Assembly (NCBI GenBank): GCA_039591655.1
Contig: JBDHDE010000039.1
Location: forward strand, 1-25,153
Length of the DNA stretch: 25,153 nucleotides
Direction of reading: 5' to 3'
From: Gemmatimonadota bacterium
GTDB lineage: Bacteria > Gemmatimonadota > Gemmatimonadetes > Gemmatimonadales > GWC2-71-9
The notes beneath the pieces are model-generated. The model saw only the letters and a list, made by a program, of their open reading frames with translations, searched no databases and was not told where the DNA came from. The position numbers and the translations under genes were made by a program. Below, one piece after another: positions 17,858 through 25,153 of the stretch (position 1 is the first letter of the stretch; the number at the start of each line of letters is the position of its first letter).

Positions 17858-18322
17858 TTACTCCGTTCTCCCGAAGATGCCCGCGCGCTCCTCCCGCCGC
17901 TCTTCAGTCACGGCGGCAAGCACGCGCACACCGGCGGCCCGGGCAACCTCGATCGCTTCCTGCACGCGGCCGAACTGGAGATCCCGGTCGGCGCGGAAAT
18001 ACAGGATCTTGTCCTTGGTGCGGTGCTCGAACACCTGTGTGAGTACTGCTGCCAGCTGGTCCTCGGGCACGATGCCGATCTCGCCTGTACCGGGATCGAG
18101 ATAGAACGTGCCCTCATTGTCGATGCCGAGTACTACATCCTCCGGCTCGTCCGCGCGTGGCTCGACGTGCTTCGCCATCGGTATCTGGGCCTGGAAGCCG
18201 GCCGTGATCACGGGCGTCACGATCATGAAGATGATCAGCAACACCAGCATGATGTCGATCATCGGTACCACGTTGGGTTCCGACTTGACGCCTGACTGGG
18301 GCCCACCTACCTGCATGCCCAT
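17858..18322 (-). CDS. exbD: ExbD/TolR family protein
   Basis: EPNVVPMIDIMLVLLIIFMI, RAD....FG.V......AG; SD GAGGAG upstream. Confidence 0.92.
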   Translation of the reverse strand: MGMQVGGPQSGVKSEPNVVPMIDIMLVLLIIFMIVTPVITAGFQAQIPMAKHVEPRADEPEDVVLGIDNEGTFYLDPGTGEIGIVPEDQLAAVLTQVFEHRTKDKILYFRADRDLQFGRVQEAIEVARAAGVRVLAAVTEERREERAGIFGRTE

Positions 18323-18358
18323 AGATCAGCTACTCCTCACTGGGGGCTCGGCGCCCGG

Positions 18359-19099
18359 CTACTTGACGTGCCCGGTCGAGGCCGCCGTCTGGGCCTGGAA
18401 CTCCTTGGTGAAGATGGACCGCCCGAACTCGCTGCCGACGCTCTTGATGAGGTAGTCGACCAGCTCCTTCGAGGTGTAGGTCATCTCCACGGTCATGTTC
18501 TCCACCTTGGTCTGGAAGTAGTTGTACAGCCACACCGCCGGAATCGCGACGGCCAGACCAAACGCGGTGGTGATGAGCGCCTCGGCGATACCCGCGGACA
18601 CCGCGGCCAGGCCGCCCGTCCCGGAGGTCGCCATGCCGGTGAAGGAGTTCACGATGCCCATCGTAGTGCCCAGCAGGCCGACGAACGGCGCGGTCGCGCC
18701 TACGGTGGCCAGGATGCCCGTCCCACGCTTGAGCTCGGACAGGATGATGAGCATCTGCCGCTCGATGGCACGCTCCGCCGAGTTGATGTCGCCGCTGGTG
18801 ATCGTGGCGCGATCCCGAAGCAGTGGCTTCACCTCGGCGAGCGCCTCGCCGAGCACCCGGGCCACGTGGGACTCCTTCGACTTCTCGGCCAGTGCGATGG
18901 CCGCATCGAGCTGCTCTTCCTGCAGGTAGCGCGCGAACTCCGGCGCGAAGCTCGCCGTGCCCTTCCGCGCCTTACGGAACCGCCACCACTTCTGGAAACC
19001 CGTACCCAAGGAAATGACGGACATGAAGAGGAGCAGGACGATGATTCCCCGAGCGAACCAACCGGCATCCTGCCACAGTATGAGTAGTGATACTTCCAT
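18359..19099 (-). CDS. exbB: MotA/TolQ/ExbB proton channel protein
   Basis: LATVGATAPFVGLLGT.MGI..SF, GIAEALITTAFGL.VAIPA; SD AGGAG. Confidence 0.93.
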   Translation of the reverse strand: MEVSLLILWQDAGWFARGIIVLLLFMSVISLGTGFQKWWRFRKARKGTASFAPEFARYLQEEQLDAAIALAEKSKESHVARVLGEALAEVKPLLRDRATITSGDINSAERAIERQMLIILSELKRGTGILATVGATAPFVGLLGTTMGIVNSFTGMATSGTGGLAAVSAGIAEALITTAFGLAVAIPAVWLYNYFQTKVENMTVEMTYTSKELVDYLIKSVGSEFGRSIFTKEFQAQTAASTGHVK

Positions 19100-19153
19100 G
19101 GTCTCCTGGGCCTCCGTTACGAGATGTTCGGTTACGTCGATATCTGAGAGCGG

Positions 19154-19870
19154 CTAGCCCCTGCCGGACAGCGTGAAGTAGATCGGCAGCTGCACCAGCA
19201 CGCGAACGGGCTTCGCCCGCACGCGTCCGGGCCGGAAGAGGCACCTGGCAATCATGGCCCGCGCCGGCCGCTCGAACGCTTCATGGCTAGAGCTGAGCGA
19301 CTGAATCGTCGCCGCTTGGACGTGGCCGTCGGTCTCCACGACGAACTGCAGCAGCACCTGGCCCTCGATGTTGGCCTGCTGCATCATGCGTGGATAGTCG
19401 GGGAGCGGGCACGAGATGCGCTCCGGCACCTCGTCCACCACGGCCTCCGCAAAGACCTGCTCCAGGTCGACGGGGCCCGTGCCGCCCTCGACACCACTGA
19501 AGACGCCGCCTTCCACCCCCACGCCGCTGTAGTCACGGGGATCGAACCGCTCCTCCAGGTCGACTGGGGGAATCTCCGTGGGGATGTCCACCGGTGCGGA
19601 CAGCACCTGGAATCCCCTGGGAGGCGGATTGAGGGACGTGATGATCGGAGGGGGCTCCTCTTCCGGCTCCTCCTCCTGCTCGGGCTCGTCAATCACCAGC
19701 AGGATGGTATCGAGGTCGACTTGCTGGACCTCTTCCGCGACACCCATAGTCGCGGCGATGGCACCCGCAATCAGGAGCATCTGAAACACCGTCGAGGTGA
19801 ACATCCCCCAAATGGTGCCTTTGAAGTCTCGACGCCCACTGCGATTCGATTCGATCAGAACGTCAAACAC
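19154..19870 (-). CDS. tonB: Energy transducer TonB
   Basis: N-terminal TM, acidic/Pro linker (EPEQEEEPEEEPPP), TonB-C domain (YP......IEG.V.LQFVV..DG.V...F.PG....PV.V...PI.F); GTG start with SD GGAGG. Confidence 0.9.
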   Translation of the reverse strand: MFDVLIESNRSGRRDFKGTIWGMFTSTVFQMLLIAGAIAATMGVAEEVQQVDLDTILLVIDEPEQEEEPEEEPPPIITSLNPPPRGFQVLSAPVDIPTEIPPVDLEERFDPRDYSGVGVEGGVFSGVEGGTGPVDLEQVFAEAVVDEVPERISCPLPDYPRMMQQANIEGQVLLQFVVETDGHVQAATIQSLSSSHEAFERPARAMIARCLFRPGRVRAKPVRVLVQLPIYFTLSGRG

Positions 19871-19903
19871 TCCGCACCTCCGGATGCAGTCTGGCGTTAG
19901 ACA

Positions 19904-19917
19904 ATTCTACACCGCGG
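19904..19917 (-). promoter_or_regulatory. Promoter motif CCGCGGTGTAGAAT (-10 TAGAAT) upstream of tonB
   Basis: Near-consensus -10, 33 nt upstream of the GTG; near-copy at 17343-17356. Confidence 0.55.
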
Positions 19918-19963
19918 TTCGCACGATTGGCTAGCACCAACGAGGCAACGGGCTTCAAGGAAC

Positions 19964-19991
19964 ATTACAGGACGCTAACAAACACGTTACG
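19964..19991 (-). promoter_or_regulatory. Candidate OmpR/PhoB-family binding site: three hexamers at 11-bp period
   Basis: CGTAAC-N5-TGTTAG-N5-TGTAAT on the minus strand, upstream of the tonB promoter. Confidence 0.4.
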
Positions 19992-20078
19992 AGCCTCACT
20001 CGGTGACGTACCGCACAGTCCGGCCGTGAGGGAACCGCCCCGAGCGCCGCAAAAGCTGGCGGTCCAGCAGCCGCCCCG

Positions 20079-21545
20079 CTAGGGGCCCTCGGCTGCCTGA
20101 TCCCGCCCGATGGGCAGCGTCACGGTGAACGTGGTACCCCGACCCGGCTTGCTCTGCACCTCGATGGATCCCCCGTGGGCCTCGGCGATCCACTTGCTGA
20201 TGGCCAGCCCGAGGCCCGCCCCGGGGCGGCTGCCCGTTCGGCTGCGGGCCGGGTCGGCGCGCCAGAATCGGTCGAAGATGTGGGGCAGGTCGCCGGGGGC
20301 GATGCCGATCCCGGCGTCCCGCACCGTCAGCACCACCCGGCCGTCCTCGGTGGCCGAGGCGACCCACACGTTCCCGCCAGTGGGGGTGTACTTGATGGCG
20401 TTGGAGAGAAGGTTCTGCAGCAGCTGGCGCAGCCGGCTCCGATCGCCCCGCATGAGGATCGACTGCGCGGGGACCTCCACCGCGACGTCCACGGAGACCT
20501 GCTCGCCGAGAATGCCGGCGGTCTCGGCCAACTCCACCAGCACCTCGCGCAGGTCCAGGTCGTCCAGATGGAGCGGCGCCCGTCCCTCGTCCGCCCGGGC
20601 CAGGGTGAGCAGCGAGTCCACCAGCTCCGCCATCCGGTTCACCTCGAGGAGCGTCTCCTCGAGGGTCTCCATGACGTCGGGCGAGGTCGTCGGATGGGTG
20701 ATGGAGCGCTCGATGCCCGAGCGCAGGACCGTGAGGGGCGTCTTGAGCTCGTGGCTGGCATCGGCGGTGAAGCGCCGCAGGCTGGCGAAGCTTCGCTCCA
20801 GGCGCGCCAACATGGCGTTCAGGGTAGTGCTGAGCCGCGCCAACTCGTCATGTGTCGTCGGCTCGGCGAGCCGCCGGTGCAGGCTCCGGCCGTCGGTGAT
20901 GGCCTCCACCTCGTCCACGATCTGCTCCACCGGCTTGAGGGTCCGGCCCACCAGCAGGTAGCCGATGATGAGCGACGCGGCCAGCACGAAGGGCGCCGTC
21001 CACAGCATGGCCGTGACGAGCCGCGGCGGCCCCACCACGAACCCCGACGTCGGCGCTCCCGACACTACACCGGTGACGCTGGGACCAGCCTCGGTGATGG
21101 GACGAACGAAATAGCGCACCTGCCCCGCCGGGTCAGCCAGATCCACCAGCCCGAAGTTCCCCGGGGCATCGGGGGCCTCGGCTACATCGATCAGCGCCCG
21201 GGCCGACCCGAAGGGGAGAGCCCGGGCATCCGCCGACAGGTGCACCACCGTCCTGCCGGGACCCAGGACGATGACGAAGCCCGGCACGCCCTCCAGCAGT
21301 GACGCTACAGCAGGGATAAGCACCGGCTGCCTCGTCTGCGGGTCCGCGACCACAACCTGCTCACGGGCCCGGTAGGACTCGCTCAGGATCGCGGCGATGA
21401 GATCCGACTCCAGCCGCACCCGGCTGTCCAGCTCGGCGAAGATCTGCGAGCCCTGGGCAATGTAGATGATGCCGGCGAATACGAAGAGGGTGGCGCCCAG
21501 TGCCATGGCATAGCCCACCGCCAGGCGCCCACGGATGGTCTGCAT
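20079..21545 (-). CDS. Membrane sensor histidine kinase (2 TM, HAMP, HisKA, HATPase)
   Basis: H-box ADASHELKTPL, NLLSNAIKY, DAGIGI, FDRF, GAGLGLAI; two hydrophobic segments flank a periplasmic region. Confidence 0.93.
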   Translation of the reverse strand: MQTIRGRLAVGYAMALGATLFVFAGIIYIAQGSQIFAELDSRVRLESDLIAAILSESYRAREQVVVADPQTRQPVLIPAVASLLEGVPGFVIVLGPGRTVVHLSADARALPFGSARALIDVAEAPDAPGNFGLVDLADPAGQVRYFVRPITEAGPSVTGVVSGAPTSGFVVGPPRLVTAMLWTAPFVLAASLIIGYLLVGRTLKPVEQIVDEVEAITDGRSLHRRLAEPTTHDELARLSTTLNAMLARLERSFASLRRFTADASHELKTPLTVLRSGIERSITHPTTSPDVMETLEETLLEVNRMAELVDSLLTLARADEGRAPLHLDDLDLREVLVELAETAGILGEQVSVDVAVEVPAQSILMRGDRSRLRQLLQNLLSNAIKYTPTGGNVWVASATEDGRVVLTVRDAGIGIAPGDLPHIFDRFWRADPARSRTGSRPGAGLGLAISKWIAEAHGGSIEVQSKPGRGTTFTVTLPIGRDQAAEGP

Positions 21546-21551
21546 CAAGCC

Positions 21552-22223
21552 CTATTCCGCCTTCAGCACGTAGCCGACGCCGCGAATCGTGTGGATCAGC
21601 TTCGGGCCGAAGCCGTGATCGACCTTCTTCCGGATCCGGTTGATCACGACGTCCACGATGTTGGTCCCGGGATCGAAGTGGTAGTCCCACGCGTATTCGG
21701 TGATGAGCGTGCGGGACATGACCCGGCCGGCGTTGCGGGCGAGGTACTCCAGCACCGCGTATTCCTTCGGGGTGAGCTCGATAAGGGCCCCGCCGCGCTG
21801 CACCTCGTGCTTCCCGGCGTCGATCACCAGGTCGGCCACGTGGAACACCGGCGGGGTGATTTCCTTGGGCCGCCGTCCCAGCGCTTCCACCCGTGCCAGG
21901 AGCTCCTCGAACGCGAAGGGCTTCGTGACGTAGTCGTCGGCGCCGGTGCGCAGCGCCTGCACCTTCGACTCCACCGCGTCTTGGGCGGTGAGGACCAGGA
22001 CCGGAGTCTCGACACCGCGATCCCGCAGGGTCCGGAGCACTTCGATGCCCGACATGCCCGGCAGCCGCAGGTCCAGCACGATCACGTCGTACGCCGTGTG
22101 AGACGCCCGCTCCAGGCCCTCGAGCCCCTCACCCACCAGATCCACGTAGTAGCGCTGCTCCTCCAGCCCCCGCCGCACGAACCGTCCCACCGTGCGGTCA
22201 TCCTCCACCACCAGCACCTTCAC
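21552..22223 (-). CDS. OmpR/PhoB-family response regulator (CusR/CzcR-like)
   Basis: VVEDD, phospho-Asp in LDLRLP, GADDY.TKPF, winged helix LTPKEY...TNIVDV...IHTIRGVGY. Confidence 0.95.
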   Translation of the reverse strand: MKVLVVEDDRTVGRFVRRGLEEQRYYVDLVGEGLEGLERASHTAYDVIVLDLRLPGMSGIEVLRTLRDRGVETPVLVLTAQDAVESKVQALRTGADDYVTKPFAFEELLARVEALGRRPKEITPPVFHVADLVIDAGKHEVQRGGALIELTPKEYAVLEYLARNAGRVMSRTLITEYAWDYHFDPGTNIVDVVINRIRKKVDHGFGPKLIHTIRGVGYVLKAE

Positions 22224-23824
22224 GCGGAGTCCTCGCCGCCTTCCACTGGGAGCACGACCCGGAACACCGACCCCTGCCCCAGCTGGGAATCCACATGGAT
22301 CCGGCCGCCGTGCTCCTGCACGATCCCGTAGCAGATGGAGAGACCGAGTCCCGTCCCCATCCCCGGCAGCTTCGTGCTGAAGAACGGCTCGAAGATCTTG
22401 GGGATGTCCTCTCGGGAAATGCCCATGCCCGTGTCGGCGAACGTGACCACCACCTCATCGGACCGCTCGGGATTCGGGTAGGTGCGGACCGTGAGGATCC
22501 CCATGCCCTCCATGGCATCGATCGCGTTCAGCATGAGGGAGAGAAACACTTGGATCAGCTGCTCGGCGTTGCCCTGGATCGTGGGGAGCCTGTCGGCGAG
22601 GTCCCGTTCCAGGGTGATGCGCTTGAACTTGTCATGGTGCTTCACCAGGAACAGCGCGTCTTCGACAATCTGGTTCACCTCGGCGGCGCGCTTGGCCCGC
22701 GCCTTCGGCCGCGAAAAGTCGAGCAGCCCGTCCACGATGGACTTGCAGCGCGCCAGCTCCGAATCGATGATTCGCAGATACTCCTCGTATCCCTGCCGCT
22801 CAACCAATGACAGGTCCTCCACCCTGAGTGATAGGGCCTCCACGCAGGCACCGATGGTGGCCAGGGGGTTGTTGATCTCGTGCATCACCCCCGCCGCGAG
22901 CTGGCCGACGGCGGCGAGCTTCTCGGACTGCGAGACCTGCTGCTGGACGCGCTTCCAGTCGGTGATGTCCTCACCGATGGTGATGACGTGTGTCACGTCA
23001 TCGTCGTGCAGCCGCATGGGGACCTTGGTGACGCGGTAGTGGCGGAGGTCCCCGGAGGTGGTGGACTCCGCCTCCATCTGTTCCATCTCGCCGGTGGTGA
23101 ACGCGCGATCGAACTCCCGCTTGAGCAGCACGCGGGGCTGCCGGTGCAGTACCTCGAACACCGTGCGCCCCAGCACCTCACCACGGGCGACGCCGCTGGT
23201 GCCGGTCTCCCGCTTGCGGTTCCATGCCTGGATGCGGTAGTCCCGATCGATCACGTACAACCCGACCGGGAGCGAGTCGATGATCTTGGAGGTGAAGCGC
23301 CGCTGCGATTCGATCTCCCGCGTGTGCGCCGCCACCTCGGTGGCGAGGTCCTCGGACAGCTCGAAGGACGCGATGAGGGGCGAGAGCACGTTGGCGACGA
23401 TGCCCGCGACATCCGTGAGCGTGGACGCCGCCGCCCCGTCGGGCATATTCGCCTCGAGCAGGCCGAGCTGCTCCCCCTCGTAGACCAGAGGGTAGTTGAG
23501 CAGCCAGGTGTTGCCATCCTGTTTGGCGGGTGCTCCCTCGGTGACCCGGCTAGCCAGCTCGTCAGTGGGGAGGTCTGGGGGCGCCGCGAAGCCCTCCCCG
23601 ACGATTGCCCGGAACCCCGAGCCGTCCGGGGCACGCACCCAGATGCGGCAGTGGTCGCCCTCCAGCCCCCGAGCCAGCGCCCCGGCAACCCGCACGAGGA
23701 CCTCCTCGGACCCCAGACCGGCCGCCATATACCCGGCGACATCGGCCAGGATGCGGAGGCCGCGCTCGTCCAGGGGCTCCCGCACCTCGGGAGCCGCGTC
23801 GCTCTCGCTACGTGACCGTGCCAT
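22220..23824 (-). CDS. Cytoplasmic GAF-like/PAS sensor histidine kinase (NtrB-type)
   Basis: PAS (IIDSLPVGLYVID...WN), H-box EKLAAVGQLAAGVMHEINNPL, NAIDAM, DTGMGI, FEPFFSTK, GTGLGLSI; no TM. ATG 23824; stop overlaps the regulator start (GTGA). Confidence 0.92.
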   Translation of the reverse strand: MARSRSESDAAPEVREPLDERGLRILADVAGYMAAGLGSEEVLVRVAGALARGLEGDHCRIWVRAPDGSGFRAIVGEGFAAPPDLPTDELASRVTEGAPAKQDGNTWLLNYPLVYEGEQLGLLEANMPDGAAASTLTDVAGIVANVLSPLIASFELSEDLATEVAAHTREIESQRRFTSKIIDSLPVGLYVIDRDYRIQAWNRKRETGTSGVARGEVLGRTVFEVLHRQPRVLLKREFDRAFTTGEMEQMEAESTTSGDLRHYRVTKVPMRLHDDDVTHVITIGEDITDWKRVQQQVSQSEKLAAVGQLAAGVMHEINNPLATIGACVEALSLRVEDLSLVERQGYEEYLRIIDSELARCKSIVDGLLDFSRPKARAKRAAEVNQIVEDALFLVKHHDKFKRITLERDLADRLPTIQGNAEQLIQVFLSLMLNAIDAMEGMGILTVRTYPNPERSDEVVVTFADTGMGISREDIPKIFEPFFSTKLPGMGTGLGLSICYGIVQEHGGRIHVDSQLGQGSVFRVVLPVEGGEDSA

Positions 23825-23831
23825 GCTCGGG

Positions 23832-23837
23832 AACGTA
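23832..23837 (-). promoter_or_regulatory. Candidate leaderless -10 (TACGTT) 7 nt before ATG 23824
   Basis: TACGTT-CCCGAGC-ATG with no SD. Confidence 0.45.
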
Positions 23838-23887
23838 CCGGGCCACCTGCCGGGCTTCAAGGGAGGGCGGACCGGCCGCCCAGGCGT

Positions 23888-24697
23888 CTAACGACCCGCC
23901 CGGTCCCACTTTGCAATCACGTCCGAGATCAGACCCTCGAGCCGGTCCACCACCCCGTCGAAGAACCGGCGGGCCTTGTCCCGGTCGAAGTCGGGGTAGC
24001 CCTCCCCCTCACGGTACAGAATGATGGACGAAGGGAACGGATACGCAGTCCAACCACCACCCCGTGGCGTCGTCATCTCGGGACCCGCGTACAGCTCCGG
24101 GTGGACCAGTGCGGGGCGCGTCGCAAGGACCGCGCCGGTCTCGTTGTTCCCCGCGTGCCCTCCCTCGGTCCCGTAGATCTCCTGCACGAGGTCGGCCGTC
24201 ATCGTCCACCACTCGGTGACGAGGATCCGGGTATCCGTCTCCCGCCATACCCGCTCGGCCGCCGCCCGCAGCGGCGCCCCATTGGGACCGTGACCGTTGA
24301 GCACGACCACGTTCTCGAACCCCGCCCGCGCCAGGGCCCGGAGCACCTCGTAGGCGTACGGCTCGAAGGCGGTGGCCGAGACACCCACCGTTCCCGGGTA
24401 CTCATCCAGCGTGCCAATGACGCCGTACGATAGCGTCGGCGCCACCAAGGCATCGAGGCGGGGCGCCAGCCGAACGGCCAAGTCGTACGGGACGGTGTTG
24501 TCCGCCCCGTTGTGCGCGACGCCGTGCGCCTCCAGTACTCCCGCCGCGATGAGGACCGTGGCAATCGAATCCGGAACCAGGCGCTGCACCTCGAGCCAGT
24601 TGAGCTCCTCCAGCAAGATGCCGTGTCCTCGTTCCTGGGCGGGTGCATCCGCCACCACCATCATGAGGCATCCGAGTAACAAGACCATGCGTCCCAT
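23888..24697 (-). CDS. Creatininase-family amidohydrolase with predicted signal peptide
   Basis: LEELNW, E.HG......D (EAHGVAHNGAD), YPGT, NGHG.N, HAG..ET; SD GGGAGG 6 nt before ATG 24697; hydrophobic N-terminus ending APA-QE. Confidence 0.88.
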   Translation of the reverse strand: MGRMVLLLGCLMMVVADAPAQERGHGILLEELNWLEVQRLVPDSIATVLIAAGVLEAHGVAHNGADNTVPYDLAVRLAPRLDALVAPTLSYGVIGTLDEYPGTVGVSATAFEPYAYEVLRALARAGFENVVVLNGHGPNGAPLRAAAERVWRETDTRILVTEWWTMTADLVQEIYGTEGGHAGNNETGAVLATRPALVHPELYAGPEMTTPRGGGWTAYPFPSSIILYREGEGYPDFDRDKARRFFDGVVDRLEGLISDVIAKWDRAGR

Positions 24698-24713
24698 GGA
24701 CAACCTCCCGATC

Positions 24714-25153
24714 TCACCCGAGGGCTTCGAGCTGCGCCAGCAACTCGGCGTTCTCCCGCTTGTGACCCAGCTCGGTCTCCGTGTGGGTCCAGCGGACGAT
24801 GCCTTCCTTGTCCACGATGAAATACGCCCGCTTGGAGAAGAAGCGATCCTCCAGCAATGTCCCGTAGCGGCGGCACACGTCCCGCTTGAAGTCGCTCAGC
24901 AGCGGAATCGTGATGCCCTCCTTGGTCCGGAACTCCTGGAGGGCAGGCACCGAGTCGACACTGATCCCCAGGACTACCGCGTCAAGCCCCTCGAAACGCT
25001 TCAGATCCTGACTGAAGTCGCCCAACTCCGCTGCGCACACGGTGGTGAATGCCAACGGGAAGAATGCCAGGATCACGTTGGATCCACCCCGGTACGAGGA
25101 CAGCGTGACCTCCCGCTCCGAGGTGGACAGCAGGGTGAAGTCGGGTGCCGGCT
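24714..25153 (-). CDS. Peroxiredoxin (AhpC/TSA family, AhpE-like), 5' end outside the window
   Basis: Frame is open to the window edge (PAPDFTL...); active site FFPLAFTTVC (PxxxTxxC), GISVDS, LLSDF, RA.F.VDKEG.VR. Confidence 0.9.
   Translation of the reverse strand, partial: PAPDFTLLSTSEREVTLSSYRGGSNVILAFFPLAFTTVCAAELGDFSQDLKRFEGLDAVVLGISVDSVPALQEFRTKEGITIPLLSDFKRDVCRRYGTLLEDRFFSKRAYFIVDKEGIVRWTHTETELGHKRENAELLAQLEALG

Noticed and set aside
16469..18295. 608-aa plus-strand ORF (and similar long antisense ORFs such as 3094-4488, 1510-2664, 20175-21302)
   Set aside because: They overlap well-supported opposite-strand genes, have Arg/Pro/His-rich composition without motifs, and are expected from high-GC codon bias.
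19115..19136. GTTACG direct repeat before exbB; CGTTACGAG also occurs at 19985-19993
   Set aside because: The 15-bp spacing does not match the 11-bp period, and short matches can be chance; too weak to call.
20079..22223. Naming the two-component pair cusRS as the regulator of copA
   Set aside because: Only family-level similarity; no evident His/Met-rich sensor, and the candidate binding repeat was not seen upstream of the cop-containing operon.
3058..25153. Mycothiol or mycofactocin pathway suggested by ino1, an AhpE-like and an MftE-like gene
   Set aside because: No mshA-D or mftA-D genes; the genes are 20 kb apart, and ino1 is explained by the adjacent phosphatidyltransferase.
1..25153. 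CRISPR array, IS/integrase, tRNA/rRNA, or defence/phage genes
   Set aside because: No regularly spaced repeats, transposase motifs or RNA-gene signatures were seen; nearly all sequence is assigned to housekeeping-type CDSs.

Overview
High-GC, gene-dense bacterial window. Gene content and style suggest Gemmatimonadota, but that assignment is inference only. No RNA genes, mobile elements or CRISPR arrays were seen. From left to right: (1) a translationally coupled minus-strand operon of CDP-alcohol phosphatidyltransferase, inositol-3-phosphate synthase, a CupA-like cupredoxin, a Cu(I) P1B-ATPase and a truncated small ORF; (2) a probable peptidoglycan/amino-sugar salvage cluster, in which lipoprotein NamZ and a lipoprotein NagZ-(AmiE-like serine hydrolase) fusion overlap head-to-head, followed by a sodium:solute symporter and a BadF/MurK-type sugar kinase, interrupted by a Ser/Thr kinase-TPR gene and an A-type Fe-S carrier; (3) an NhaC-family transporter; (4) a tonB-exbB-exbD-exbD-tonB-like cluster; (5) an operon with two histidine kinases and one OmpR-family regulator; (6) an exported creatininase-family protein and a partial AhpE-type peroxiredoxin. 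The best candidates for undescribed biology are the PTS-independent (SSS + kinase) murein salvage module, the inositol-lipid/copper-export operon with degenerate Cu ligands, and shared regulatory motifs of the Ton cluster.
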